A stretch of DNA of 64,000 nucleotides from an uncultured beta proteobacterium (GCA_963716855.1 CAVQUV010000011.1:64378-128377); one strand, 5' to 3'. Numbered from the stretch's first letter, positions 10,539 to 21,083 are shown. The notes: generated from the letters alone by a model not told the origin. Numbers and translations are program-made.

Positions 10539-11396
10539 TCAGGCCGCTGCCTGGGTCAGCGCGCCGCTCTGATAGTCGCGGATGGCCTGCTCGATCTCGG
10601 CGCGCGTGTTCATCACGAACGGACCGTACTGCACGATCGGCTCGCCGATCGGCCGGCCGGCCAGCAGGATGAAGCGCGCGCCTTCGGGCCCCGCGGTCGC
10701 CTCGATCCGCTCTCCCGGTGACAGGAACCCCGCGCTGTGCGTCTTCAGCGTGCGACCTGCGACGACCAGGCTGCCCTCGAAGGGGTAGATGAACGCGTTG
10801 TAGTCGCCCCGGATCGGCTGCGCGAACACTCCGCCCGCGGGCAGCTCGATGTCGAGGTACAGCGGATCGGTCGAGAGCCCCTGGATCGGACCCGACGTCG
10901 TCCCGCCGTCGGCCTCGAGCGCACCGGCGATCACCTTCGCCCGCCCGCCGCCCGGCAGCGCGACCACCGGGATCTGGTCGGGCTGGATGTCGCGGTAGCC
11001 GGCAGCCTTCATCTTCTCGCGCGCGGGCAGGTTGATCCAGAGCTGGAAGCCGCGCATGCGCCCGCGCTCCTGCTGCGGCATCTCCGAGTGGATGATGCCG
11101 CGGCCGGCGGTCATCCATTGCACGCCACCGGAGCGCAGCTCGCCCGTGTTGCCGAGATGGTCCTGGTGCTGCAAGTGACCGTCGAGCATGTAGGTGACCG
11201 TCTCGAAGCCGCGATGCGGGTGCGCCGGAAAGCCCGCGACGTAATCGTCGGGATTCTCCGATGAGAACTCGTCGAGCATGAGGAACGGGTCGAGCCGCGC
11301 GCGGTCCGACTGGCCCAGGCTGCGGCGCAATTTGACGCCGGCGCCGTCCGACGCGGGAACCGACTCGACGATGTCCCGCACTGTTCGTGTGGTCAT
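10539..11396 (-). CDS. pirin family protein
   Basis: 285 aa. Cupin metal motif FPAHPHRGFETVTYML and GGVQWMTAGRGIIHSE. Confidence 0.9.
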   Translation of the reverse strand: MTTRTVRDIVESVPASDGAGVKLRRSLGQSDRARLDPFLMLDEFSSENPDDYVAGFPAHPHRGFETVTYMLDGHLQHQDHLGNTGELRSGGVQWMTAGRGIIHSEMPQQERGRMRGFQLWINLPAREKMKAAGYRDIQPDQIPVVALPGGGRAKVIAGALEADGGTTSGPIQGLSTDPLYLDIELPAGGVFAQPIRGDYNAFIYPFEGSLVVAGRTLKTHSAGFLSPGERIEATAGPEGARFILLAGRPIGEPIVQYGPFVMNTRAEIEQAIRDYQSGALTQAAA

Positions 11397-11499
11397 TGGC
11401 GTGCTCCTGGAAAGAACCGGATCGGGAAACCGCTAAGCTGCGGCCAGATCCGGATCGTTCAATCTCTGCATGGCGCGGGCGGCCGCGGGTGAGGTCGCA

Positions 11500-12651
11500 T
11501 CAATCGAAGCTGACGATCTCGACCCAGTTCGAGCCCTTCCCCGTCGGGTACTTCTTGAGCAACCGGAGCGCGCCGCTCGCCGGGTCGATCGCGTACACCG
11601 AGATCGTTTCCGACTTCTCCCCGGTCGCGACGAGGAATCGCCCCTTCGGGTCGATCGCGAAGCCCCGCGGCTGCCGCTCGGTCGGCGTGCTCCCGAGATA
11701 GGTCAGAGCGCCCGTCTCCGCGTTGACGCTGAAGGCGGCCAGCGTATTGCTGGTGCGTTCCGACGCGTACAGGAACTTGCCGTTCGGGGTCATGTGGAGG
11801 TCCGCGGCCCAGATGTCGTTGTCGGTGTTGCGCGGCGGGGCGCCCGCCACGCCGACTGCACCGCGCGGCGCACCGGGCACCAGCTTCGAGTCGGGCGGCA
11901 GCGCGGAGGCGGCGCTGACTTCCTTCAGCACGCCGGTCTTGGGATCGAGCGAGAGCGTCGTGACCGTCGCGACCAGCTCGTTCAGCAGGTACACGAACCG
12001 GTTGTCCGGGGAGACGATCAGGTGCCGCGGACCGGTCATCGGCTTCATCTGCGCGACCGCCGGGGTGTTCGACGACAGGCGCCCGGAATTCTCGTCGAAC
12101 ACGAACTGGAAGATCTGATCGGTCCCGAGATGGGGCACGTAGACGAACCGGTTGGTGTTGTCGACGCGGATTGCGTGCGCATTCCGGCCGGTCGGAATCA
12201 CCTGCAGGGGCTCGGCGGCCACGCGTCCGTCGGCGCCGACCGCGTTGACGCTGACCAGATGGCCCCCGTAGGAGGCACCGAACAGGAAGCGCCCTTTCCG
12301 GTCGAGCGAGATGTACGGAAAACTCTCCGCCAGGGGCGCCGTCGACAGCGGTTTCAGTGCGCCGGTACCGGCATCGATGGCGTAGGTGTGTACGGTAAAC
12401 GGCTTGGACCGCGACGCGGCGTAGAGAAAGCGCCGGTCCGGGCTCACAGCCATCGGCATAACGACCTTCGCCGCCTGGGTCCGCGCGCCGGGCTCCAGCT
12501 CGCCTGAATCGAGCAACCGATAGGTGCCGATGTCGCCATCCTCGGCATTGGAGACGTAGACGAATGTCGCTGCCACCGCCGGCGCGTTGCCGGCAATTGC
12601 CACAATTGCGGTCACGGTCAGCCCCTTGATCCAGCCTGCGAAACGAGTCAT
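11500..12651 (-). CDS. secreted lactonase, 7-bladed beta-propeller (6-phosphogluconolactonase-like)
   Basis: 383 aa with a signal peptide. Repeated blades carry FVYVSN / PRHLIVSPDNRFVYLLNE / PRGFAIDPKGRFLV patterns. Confidence 0.8.
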   Translation of the reverse strand: MTRFAGWIKGLTVTAIVAIAGNAPAVAATFVYVSNAEDGDIGTYRLLDSGELEPGARTQAAKVVMPMAVSPDRRFLYAASRSKPFTVHTYAIDAGTGALKPLSTAPLAESFPYISLDRKGRFLFGASYGGHLVSVNAVGADGRVAAEPLQVIPTGRNAHAIRVDNTNRFVYVPHLGTDQIFQFVFDENSGRLSSNTPAVAQMKPMTGPRHLIVSPDNRFVYLLNELVATVTTLSLDPKTGVLKEVSAASALPPDSKLVPGAPRGAVGVAGAPPRNTDNDIWAADLHMTPNGKFLYASERTSNTLAAFSVNAETGALTYLGSTPTERQPRGFAIDPKGRFLVATGEKSETISVYAIDPASGALRLLKKYPTGKGSNWVEIVSFD

Positions 12652-12899
12652 GGACTTGCCTCCTGGTCGTTCTTGTTGAGATGCCGGACGAGCCCGGCAC
12701 CCGCGGGGCGGAGTTTAGCGCCGCGGGCGTCACGGCCGGGTCGCGGGAGCGACCCGGCCCGGCAGGCCGCTCCGCCACGCCCTCCTCCGGCGGAACCGGG
12801 CCGGAATTATCGACCCGCGGAAAGTGTTAACGTGCCCGCCGCAGCCCTACACGGTCCCACGTGCCCAAGAAGCGATCCCCCCACTCCAGGAGACACCCG

Positions 12900-13691
12900 A
12901 TGAAAAAAGTGCTCGGATTGTCCGTCGTTCTGGCCATCGCCCCCGTTTCGCATGCCGCAGACATCGAGGCCGGCAAGGCGAAAGTCGCCACCGTGTGCGC
13001 CGCCTGCCACGGCGCGAACGGGGTCAGCGTGAGCGATACGATCCCGAACCTCGCGGCGCAGCGGGCGGGCTACCTCGAAGCGCAGCTGAAGGTGCTCAAG
13101 GACGGCACGCGCAAGAACCCCGTCATGAACGCGATCGCGGCCCAGCTCAGCCCCGCGGACATCGCCAACGTCGCCGCGTATTTCGCCGCGCAGCCCGGCC
13201 CCGCGTCGAACGCCAAGTCGACCTTCCTTCCGAACCTGGCGACGACCCGCGTGACGTTCCCGGAGGGCTACAAGGACACCTTCACGAAGTACCACACGAT
13301 CAATTTCCCCGCGACCGGGCAGGTGCGCTACTACTTTGCCAACAAGGCGGCGGTGCAGGCGGCGAAGGACGGCAAGCCGCTGCCCGACGGCTCGGTGCTG
13401 TTCGCCGAGGTCTACGCCGCAAAGCTCGACGCCGACAAGAAGCCGGTCATGGGCAGCGACGGGTTCTTCGTGGCGGAGAAGCTTCTCTTCTACACGGCGA
13501 TGGCGCGCGGCGCAGGCTGGGGTGCGGACATCCCCGAGATGCTGCGCAACGAGAACTGGAACTACGCCGTGTTCACCCTCGACAAGCAGCAGCGGCCCGG
13601 GGTGAACCAGGCCGAGTGCCTCGCCTGCCACAAGCCGCTCGACAAGGTGAGCTATACCTTCACGCTGAAGCAGATCGCGGAAGCGAAATAG
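12900..13691 (+). CDS. di-haem protein: class I cytochrome c domain fused to a cytochrome P460-like domain
   Basis: ATG at 12900 follows GGAGA. Signal peptide, CAACH haem site with a later Met, and a C-terminal CLACHKP haem site in a P460-like context ([13 protein letters not shown]). Confidence 0.65.
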   Translation: MKKVLGLSVVLAIAPVSHAADIEAGKAKVATVCAACHGANGVSVSDTIPNLAAQRAGYLEAQLKVLKDGTRKNPVMNAIAAQLSPADIANVAAYFAAQPGPASNAKSTFLPNLATTRVTFPEGYKDTFTKYHTINFPATGQVRYYFANKAAVQAAKDGKPLPDGSVLFAEVYAAKLDADKKPVMGSDGFFVAEKLLFYTAMARGAGWGADIPEMLRNENWNYAVFTLDKQQRPGVNQAECLACHKPLDKVSYTFTLKQIAEAK

Positions 13692-13749
13692 GCTGGGCGG
13701 CGCGGGCGTGCCCGCGCGGCGACAGCCGGAGACCGGCAAGGAGGATGTC

Positions 13750-15919
13750 ATGGCGAAGAGTGGACGCCTTGGAATCCTTGCTCGCGCCGCCGCCATTGCC
13801 GCGCTACTGCTGCCTGGGGCGCCGCAGTCGATCGCGCAGCAGCCGGGCACACCAGCGATCGACAGCGACGACATCGGCGGCGTGGTCCGCGGACCGGGCG
13901 GGCCGGAAGCCGGTGTCTGGGTCATCGCGGAGACAACCGATCTGCCGACCAAGTTCGCCAGGATCGTCGTCACGGACGACCAGGGCCGCTACGTCGTCCC
14001 CGACCTGCCGAAGGCGAAGTACAGCGTCTGGGTACGCGGCTACGGCCTCGTCGACTCGCCCAAGGTGCAGGGCGAGCCCGGGCAAGGTCCTCAACCTGAC
14101 CGCCGTCCCGGCGCCCGACGAGCGGCCGCGGCGCAATACTATCCGGCCATCTACTGGTATTCGATGCTGAAGATTCCGGACGCGAGCCAGTTCGGCGGCA
14201 AGACGCAGCATTCCCGCGAACGTCACGCAGACCGACTGGCTCATCGTGATGAAGAACACCGGCTGCATCGGCTGCCATCAGCTCGGCCAGCGCGTCCACC
14301 CGCACGATTCCCCGCTGCGCTCGGCGAGTTCAAGTCGCTCGGAAGAAGCATGGATGCGCCGCATGCAATCGGGCCAGGCCGGCGCAGCTGATGATCAACC
14401 CGCTGGCCGGCGATCTCGGCGGCGCGCCGTTCAAGTATCTCGCCGACTGGACCGATCGCATCGCGAACGGCGAGCTGCCCGCGCAGCAAGCCGCAGCGGC
14501 CGCAAGGCGTCGAGCGCAACATCGTCGTCACGACCTGCGGACTGGGGCGACCGAAAGCAGTACCTGCACGACCTGATCGCGAGCGGACCGGCGCAATCCG
14601 ACGGTCAACGCCTATGGCCCGCTGTACGGCTCGCCCGAACACAGCACCGACGTGATCCCGATCCTCGATCCCAGTGACGAACACCGCGACCACGTTCAAG
14701 GCGCCGGTGCGCGACGCGGACACGCCCGAGCGCTCGGACCGGACATGCCGCGATCCCGATGCCGATGCAGCCGTCGCCCTACTGGGGCGACGAGACGATC
14801 TGGGACAGCAAGGCGAACAACCACAATTCGATGCTCGACAAGCAGGGCCGGGTCTGGCTGGCGGCCGCGGTTCGCGGCCGCCGACAATCCGGACTTCTGC
14901 AAGACAGGGCTCCGATCATCCGTCGGCGAAGCTGTTCCCGATGGAGCGCTGCGAGCCGCCAGCTCGCGATGTTCGATCCGAAGACGAAGAAGTACACGTT
15001 CGTCGACACCTGCTTCGGCGACCCATCACCTGCAGTTCGGCTACGACGCAACGACACGCTGTGGACCAGCGGCGGCGGCCCGGTGGTCGGCTGGCTCAAC
15101 ACCAAGATGTTCGACGAGACCGGCGACGCGGCGCAGTCGCAGGGCTGGACGGCGCTCGTGCTCGACACCAACGGCAACGGCAAGCGCGACGACTACGTCG
15201 AGCCCAACCAGCCGGTCGATCCGACGCAAGGACAAGCGCATCACCGCCGGCTTCTATGCGGTGATGCCGAACCCGGTGGACGGCTCGGTCTGGGGCTCGC
15301 GTCGGCGTATTCCGGATCGGCGGTCGTGCGGCTCGATCCGCGGTCCGAATCCGCCGGCGACCGCGCTCGCCGAAATCTACAACGTGCCGATGCCCGGCTT
15401 CGGCATGCGCGGCGCCGACATCGACAAGCAGGGCGTCGTGTGGGTGTCGCTCGCCAGCGGCCACCTCGGCAGCTTCGACCGGCGCAAGTGCAAGGGCCCG
15501 CTCAACGGACCGAAGGCGACCGGCGATCATTGTCCGGAGGGCTGGACGTTCTACCAGTATCCCGGGCCCGGCTTCAGGGCATCGGCGAGAACAGCGCCGA
15601 GTCGAGCTACTACACCTGGGTCGACCAGCACAACACGTTCGGCCTCGGCGACGAACGTGCCGATGTCGACCGGCAACCTGAACGACGGCCTGCATCGCGC
15701 TCAAGGACGGCAAGATGATCGTGCTGCGCGTGCCCTATCCGCTGGGCTTCTACGCCAAGGGCTTCGACGGCCGCATCGACGATCCGAACGCCGGCTGGAA
15801 GGGCCGCGGGCTGTGGGCCACCAGCGGCGACCGCACGCCGTGGCTGATGGAAGGCGGCAAGGGAACGCAAGCCCTGGGCGGTGCACTTCCAGCTGCGGCC
15901 GGATCCGCTGGCGAAATAG
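13750..15919 (+). pseudogene. large periplasmic CarboxypepD_reg-like / mono-haem (CIGCH) protein of unknown function, about 20 or more frame changes
   Basis: AAGGAGG precedes the ATG at 13750. A readable protein can be traced only by hopping frames: ..VWVIAETTDLPTKFARIVVTDDQGRYVVPDLPKAKYSVWVRGYGLVDSPKV / GKVLNLTAVPAPDE / AAAQYYPAIYWYSMLKIPD / VMKNTGCIGCHQLGQR / MINPLAGDLGGAPFKYLADWTDRIANGELP / MPMQPSPYWGDETIWDSKANNHNSMLDKQGRVWLAAAVRG / ..GPNPPATALAEIYNVPMPGFGMRGADIDKQGVVWVSLASGHLGSFDRRKCKGP.. / KMIVLRVPYPLGFYAKGFDGRIDDPNAGWKGRGLW / KPWAVHFQLRPDPLAK stop at 15917-15919. Confidence 0.75.
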
Positions 15920-15998
15920 CGATCGCCGCGCGGGGCCGACGGGGTCGAACGCCGCGACGGCGTGCGCACGCGCTTTTCTGAGCCGGCACGCTGAAGCG

Positions 15999-17699
15999 AT
16001 GGCTACCCGCCGAACTGTCCTCAAGTCGCTGCTCGCCGCGCCGCTCGTTCTGACGCCGCTCGGCCCGAGGCCGGTCGCCGCGCAGGCGCAGGTCGCGCTG
16101 CTCGACCTGCGCCGTCAGCCGCAGTTCGTGAACCGGCTGCCGCGCCCGCCCCTTGCGACGCCGGTTGCTGGAACGCGGCACTACGAGATCGCCGCACGGC
16201 AGTTCCGCGGCTGGGTCGGGCTCGTCGATCCGCGGACGCGTCGCCCGCTCGAGACGACGCTCTGGGGCTACGACGGCGCCTATCCCGGGCCGACGTTCGT
16301 CGTGCGTCGCGGCGAGCCGGTGACCGTGCGCTGGACGAATGCGCTCGTCGCGGACGGGCGGATGCTGCCGCACCTGCTCCCCGTCGACCGCACCATTCAC
16401 ATGGCGCACACGCATTCGGGACCGCCGGGCGGCACGCCGATCGTCACCCATCTGCACGGCGGTCACGTGGAGTCGGAGAGCGACGGTGAGCCGGAGGCCT
16501 GGTTCACGCCCGCGTTCGCGGAGCGCGGGCCGACCTTCGCGAAGGAGGTCTATCGGTACGACAACGACCAGGAAGCCGCCACGCTCTGGTATCACGATCA
16601 CGCGCTCGGGCTGACGCGGCTCAACGTCGGCGCCGGGCTCGCGGGCTTCTATCTGATCGGCGACGAGAACGAGGACCGGCTCGGGCTTCCGGCCGGCGAA
16701 AGCGACATTCCGCTTCTCATCCAGGATCGGACTTTCACGGCGCGCGGGGACCTTTTCATCGCCTCGCACCCCGTGCACGCGGGCGCCCCCGACCCGAGCA
16801 TTCAGCCGGAGGAGTTCGGCGCCGGCATCCTCGTGAACGGAATGCTCTGGCCGTACGAGGCGGTCGAGCCGCGGCGCTACCGGTTGCGCTTCCTGAACGG
16901 CTCGGACTCGCGGTTCTATGCGCTCGCGTTCGAGCCGCGCCTGCCGTTCGTGATGATCGGCACGGACGCGGGCTTGCTCGAGTCACCCGTCGTCCTCGAT
17001 CGGGTCGTCCTCGCGCCCGCCGAGCGCGCGGACGTGATCGTCGATTTCTCGCACGCGAGCGTGCGCGGTAGAACGGCAATGCTGGTCAACAGCGCGCCGA
17101 CGCCGTTCCCCAAGGGGGGCCCGCCGCACCCGCGCACGACCGGTCGCGTGATGGCGTTTCGCATCGCCGCGAGCGCAGCGAAGGACGAGACCCGCATCCC
17201 CGATCGGCTGCGCCGCGAGCCGCTCCCCGACCTCCGCCCCACCGCGCCAATCCGCGAGCTCGTGCTGTTCGAAAGCAAGGATCCGCACGGACGCCCCAAG
17301 ACGCTGCTCGGCACCCTGCGCGAGGGCGCGAAGACCTGGCACGACCCGGTCACCGAGGACCCGCTGCTCGGCGCCGTGGAGGCGTGGGATATCTACAACA
17401 CGACTGCCGACGCGCACCCCATCCACGTGCACCTCGTGCACTTCCGCGTCGTCGGCCATCGACGCTTCGAGGGCGAGACGAACGAAAGCGGCGTGCTCGG
17501 GAAGATCCGCTGGATCGAGGACGATCGGCCGCCCGGCGCCGACGAGCACGGCCCGAAAGACACCGTCCGCGTTCCACCCGGCACGCGCACGCGCATCGTC
17601 GCGCGCTTCGACCGGCCCGGCCGGTTCGTCTGGCACTGCCACATCCTCTCGCACGAGGATCACGAAATGATGCGACCGTTCGTCGTAAGGGAGACGTGA
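15999..17699 (+). CDS. Tat-exported multicopper oxidase (CotA/bilirubin-oxidase-like)
   Basis: MATRRTVLKSLLAAPL twin-arginine signal. Copper motifs HLHGGH, WYHDHA, HPIHVHL and HCHILSHEDHEMM. The listed 14652..17699 ORF is a chimera with the upstream pseudogene frame. Confidence 0.9.
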   Translation: MATRRTVLKSLLAAPLVLTPLGPRPVAAQAQVALLDLRRQPQFVNRLPRPPLATPVAGTRHYEIAARQFRGWVGLVDPRTRRPLETTLWGYDGAYPGPTFVVRRGEPVTVRWTNALVADGRMLPHLLPVDRTIHMAHTHSGPPGGTPIVTHLHGGHVESESDGEPEAWFTPAFAERGPTFAKEVYRYDNDQEAATLWYHDHALGLTRLNVGAGLAGFYLIGDENEDRLGLPAGESDIPLLIQDRTFTARGDLFIASHPVHAGAPDPSIQPEEFGAGILVNGMLWPYEAVEPRRYRLRFLNGSDSRFYALAFEPRLPFVMIGTDAGLLESPVVLDRVVLAPAERADVIVDFSHASVRGRTAMLVNSAPTPFPKGGPPHPRTTGRVMAFRIAASAAKDETRIPDRLRREPLPDLRPTAPIRELVLFESKDPHGRPKTLLGTLREGAKTWHDPVTEDPLLGAVEAWDIYNTTADAHPIHVHLVHFRVVGHRRFEGETNESGVLGKIRWIEDDRPPGADEHGPKDTVRVPPGTRTRIVARFDRPGRFVWHCHILSHEDHEMMRPFVVRET

Positions 17700-17722
17700 G
17701 CGCCGGTCCGCTCGCCGGCACG

Positions 17723-18418
17723 TCACGCCACCGTTCCGAACAGGGTCCCGACGCCTGCCGTCAGCCCCATGGCAAGTGCGCCCCAGAACGTGACGCGCAT
17801 TGCGCCCACCGTCACTCGTGCGCCGCCCACGCGCGCAGCCAACCCGCCCAGGATCGCGAGGAACACGAGCGAAGTTCCGGAGACGACGGGGATCAGACTC
17901 GACTCAGGGCCGATGGCAACGGCCAGCAGCGGCATGGCTGCGCCGACGGCGAAGCTGGCCGCTGATGTAAGCGCAGCCTGAATCGGCCGCGCACTGAGCG
18001 TCTCGGAGATGCCGAGTTCGTCGCGGGCATGCGCGCCCAGCGCGTCGTGGGCCATGAGCTGCTCGGCAACCTGCTTCGCGAGCGCGGGATCGAGGCCGCG
18101 GCCGACGTAGATCGCTGTCAGTTCCCGGCGCTCGCCTTGGTCGTCTGCTTCGAGTTCCGCGCGTTCCAGGTTGAGCGCGGCCTGTTCGGAATCGGCCTGC
18201 GAGCGGACCGACACGTACTCACCGGCAGCCATCGACATGGCGCCCGCGACCAGGCCGGCGATCCCCGCGACCATCACGTTGCTGTGAGTCGCATTCGCGG
18301 CTGCGACCCCGAGCACCAGGCTCGCAGTCGAAACGATGCCGTCGTTGGCGCCCAATACCGCCGCGCGCAACCAGCCGATGCGGTCCGTGCGGTGCCGTTC
18401 CATGTGGCGTACTGCCAT
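17723..18418 (-). CDS. VIT1/CCC1-family iron/manganese transporter
   Basis: MAVRHMERHRTDRIGWLRAAVLGANDGIVSTASLVLGVAAA.. followed by a C-terminal TM bundle. Start chosen at the ATG ending at 18418. Confidence 0.85.
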   Translation of the reverse strand: MAVRHMERHRTDRIGWLRAAVLGANDGIVSTASLVLGVAAANATHSNVMVAGIAGLVAGAMSMAAGEYVSVRSQADSEQAALNLERAELEADDQGERRELTAIYVGRGLDPALAKQVAEQLMAHDALGAHARDELGISETLSARPIQAALTSAASFAVGAAMPLLAVAIGPESSLIPVVSGTSLVFLAILGGLAARVGGARVTVGAMRVTFWGALAMGLTAGVGTLFGTVA

Positions 18419-18498
18419 TCTCGGGCGTCTCTTCGATGCGGGAACCGGTGGACCCTCGTAACCGGTAGCGTCAGGTCCATTCAGGGCGGGCGGGGTCT

Positions 18499-19336
18499 TC
18501 ACCAACCTGCGCGGTACTGGTGGCACGTGCCGTGCACACCAGCGTAGCCAAAGGTGTTTTCCGGGCGGAGCAAACGATCATACTCCCGTTTGACGACCGC
18601 ATAGCACTCGCACACCCGCGCTTCGAGCTGGGGACGATCGAGTACGGCAATGTGGCCGCGGCCGTGATGGATCAGTCCCGCCTCTTGCAGCTTTCCAGCG
18701 GCCTCCGTGACGCTTTCGCGGCGCACGCCCAGCATATTGGCGATCTGCTCCTGCGTCATCGTCAGTTCGTTCGAGGGCAACCGGTCCAGACAGGACAAGA
18801 TCCAGCGGCACATTTGCTGTTCCAGCGAATGGTGCCGATTGCACACCGCGATCTGCGCGGTTTGCGCGATCAGCGCCTGGATGTAGCGCAGCAGCAAGTG
18901 TGGCATCGGGCCGTCGTGCTCGAACTCGTTTCTTAGCAGATCCGCCCCCAGCCGATAAGCGTAGCCGGCGCTCAGCACCACCGCGTGGCTCGGCGTGCTA
19001 TTCGCCACCCAGGAACGATGCGACGCCGATCACGCCCTCGCTGCCGGTGACCGCGAATTCTGTCGACGCCCCGTTCGCCGTCAAGTAGAACCGGGAAACG
19101 ATGCCCGCGGTGAGGAAATAGAGATACGCATGCCGGTCGCCGGCGCCGTAAACGGTCCAACCCAGCGGCAAGGGCACGGGCTCGAGATCGGGCCGCAGAC
19201 GCTCGTAGTCCTCCTGCGGCAGCGCTGCAAGAAGTTGGTTTCGCCGGGGCGTTTGCGGTACGGATATGGCACAAGTCCCTTCTCTGGAGGCGAAGCCCGT
19301 CTCCAGATACGGCCGAACGCCATGTCGACCTGACAT
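18499..19336 (-). pseudogene. Crp/Fnr-family transcriptional regulator (paralogue 1), one frameshift
   Basis: The cNMP-binding half (ORF 18998..19354, ..YLYFLTAGIVSRFYLTANGASTEFAVTGSEGVIGVASFLGGE) is joined to the HTH half (ORF 18499..19008, ..NMLGVRRESVTEAAGKLQEAGLI..). A 1-nt indel at about 18998-19000 separates them. Strongly similar to the gene at 44434..45168. Confidence 0.8.
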
Positions 19337-19412
19337 CAGTAGGGCCTTCCCCAATACAAGAAATCACCCCCCTATTGGCGTTCAAACTCAATATATTGCA
19401 GCCCATTCGTCA

Positions 19413-19455
19413 CAGCTACTGATCTGAATCAAATCCTTATGTTCGCTAGCGTACG
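19413..19455 (-). promoter_or_regulatory. box TGTTCGCTAGCGTACG (19440-19455), then 21 nt, then TAGCTG hexamer (19413-19418, minus strand): predicted promoter of Crp paralogue 1
   Basis: One of nine copies of the TGTGCGCT-AGCGCACA box. The spacing puts the box centre at about -41.5. Confidence 0.55.
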
Positions 19456-19495
19456 GAGCAACCCAGGGAAAGGTATTTAATAGGTGTTAGCTGAG

Positions 19496-19570
19496 ATGAA
19501 CAAGGCGATCGAGGTTGCACGTGGCATCAAGGGCGTGACCTTCGCCAAGAAGGACATGCGCGCGGGGTGA
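19496..19570 (+). other. BON-domain C-terminal remnant (24 codons)
   Basis: MNKAIEVARGIKGVTFAKKDMRAG resembles the last strand and helix of BON domains. There is no SD and no upstream domain. A similar remnant lies at 38037-38141. Confidence 0.35.
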
Positions 19571-19633
19571 CGGTGGATCGGACATTAGGCGGGACAACGC
19601 CCAAATGACTGACTGTCAATGAAAGGAAAGCAA

Positions 19634-19798
19634 ATGCTCTATTACGCCGCCATATTTCTTGTCATCGCGCTGATCGCTGCGCTACTCGGCTTTACCGGCA
19701 TCGCGGCCGGCGCCGTCGGGATCGCCAAGATCCTGTTCGTCGTATTTCTTCTCCTGTTCGTCGCCTCGCTTATCGTGGGACTGATACGTCGCGGGTGA
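19634..19798 (+). CDS. DUF1328 / UPF0391 small membrane protein (54 aa)
   Basis: [63 protein letters not shown] upstream. Below the ORF-track cutoff. Confidence 0.8.
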   Translation: MLYYAAIFLVIALIAALLGFTGIAAGAVGIAKILFVVFLLLFVASLIVGLIRRG

Positions 19799-19839
19799 CG
19801 GCGGTACCGCGCGGGCGGCTGGCTCGGGGGGCACGTTAC

Positions 19840-21042
19840 CTACGCACGGGGGATTTCTCGAATGCTGCACCGGGCGGGGCCCGCTCTGAGGTTGGGGGCT
19901 GTCAGTCGGGCGCGAGCGGGCGAACGGTTTCTCGCGATCGCCGCCGCGACCGCCTCCCAGGTGGCGTTGAACGCTTCAGGCGTGAAGCCCGCGCCCGACG
20001 GCAGCCAGTTGCCGGTTTTCCCGCTCGCCAGCGTGTAGTGCCCGACCACATCGAGGTGATCGGCGCGCACGACGTGCAGCACCCGACCGTGCAACTGGCT
20101 CAGCGTCGGCACGATGCCGTCGCTGATGCCCGGAGTCGCCTTGAAGCCGAGCCCTCGATCGAGCACCCGCTGGGTCGCCTTGGTCGGTTTCGGATATGGG
20201 TAATGCGGGTGCGGCCGCGCCGTCAGTGCGTGCAGCAGCCTGAACAGCGCGCGCAGTGCGATGTACTCCGGATCCAGGAGCGTCTTCATCTCGAACCCCT
20301 CGCGGGGTTCCGGCACACCCGCGACGACGCAGCCGTAGTCGATCCCGGCACGATCCGAAACGGCTGCATCGAACAGCTCGATGCCCTCGGGCGTGAGCTG
20401 CAGCACCGCCCCCTGGTCCCGCTCGATCTCGCCGAGGTAGTTCCACACGGGGTCGCGGCGGTCGAACCGGATCTTGCGCAACAGGCTCTCGGCGATGCGA
20501 TCGAGCGGGGTATCCGTTCGCCCCAGCCAGTCGTCGACCCGTGCGACCAGCGCGATTGCCTTCGCCGCGGCGAGGATGGCGCCGCGTCCCTGCCCCGACG
20601 TCGCCAGGGCGCTGAGTATCAGCAGCAGTGTCTGGCCGTGGACGGTGATGAAGTGATTGGCGAGCGGCGTGCCGTGGTGCGGCGTGGTCACCGTGATGGC
20701 CGTCCTCGTCAGACGGGCAATGCGCTCTTCCGAGTCGCCGCTCGCGATCTTCACCCCGGGCGTCAGCAGCATGCGCACGTCGAGGCCGCCCGTCGAGTGG
20801 CCGACGAAGTGCAGGTCCCGGGCCTTAAGACCACCGCTGCCCAGCACCTGGCGCCGTAGCGCGTCGGCGCGCCGTGGGATCGAGGCCGTCGGCTGCGCCA
20901 TGCACCGCACGATGCGGGCCTCTACGCCGCGCCGGCGGAGCGCGCGGCCCAGTGCCTGCTCCACGTCCTCGAAATAGCTCACCGCCCCGAGGGACGTGAA
21001 GCCGAAGAAGCCCGGCACCAAGAACACGAGTCGTGTCGTCAT
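19840..21042 (-). CDS. alpha/beta hydrolase, lipase/esterase-like
   Basis: 400 aa. N-terminal LVFLVPGFFGF and nucleophile elbow GHSTGG. Confidence 0.7.
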   Translation of the reverse strand: MTTRLVFLVPGFFGFTSLGAVSYFEDVEQALGRALRRRGVEARIVRCMAQPTASIPRRADALRRQVLGSGGLKARDLHFVGHSTGGLDVRMLLTPGVKIASGDSEERIARLTRTAITVTTPHHGTPLANHFITVHGQTLLLILSALATSGQGRGAILAAAKAIALVARVDDWLGRTDTPLDRIAESLLRKIRFDRRDPVWNYLGEIERDQGAVLQLTPEGIELFDAAVSDRAGIDYGCVVAGVPEPREGFEMKTLLDPEYIALRALFRLLHALTARPHPHYPYPKPTKATQRVLDRGLGFKATPGISDGIVPTLSQLHGRVLHVVRADHLDVVGHYTLASGKTGNWLPSGAGFTPEAFNATWEAVAAAIARNRSPARARLTAPNLRAGPARCSIREIPRA

Positions 21043-21083
21043 GGCCGGATTATGCCGGCGAGCGCGAACCTCGCGGGTGGACC

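Noticed and set aside
14652-17699. A single 1015-aa ORF in the track, which could be taken for one giant protein.
   Set aside because: It is a chimera. Its first 450 codons are one of three frames of the frameshifted upstream gene, mostly Arg/Ala/Ser-rich nonsense with short real islands. A genuine Tat signal and start (MATRRTVLKS, ATG at 15999) opens the multicopper oxidase.
19480-19495. The shared GTGTTAGCT / GTGTTACCCT strings (19484, 38861, 44410, 38384 rc, 63908) as an independent regulatory motif.
   Set aside because: Most instances are simply the TANNNT hexamer plus neighbours of the promoters already described. The remaining ones (19484, 63908) have no upstream box and no consistent distance to a start codon.
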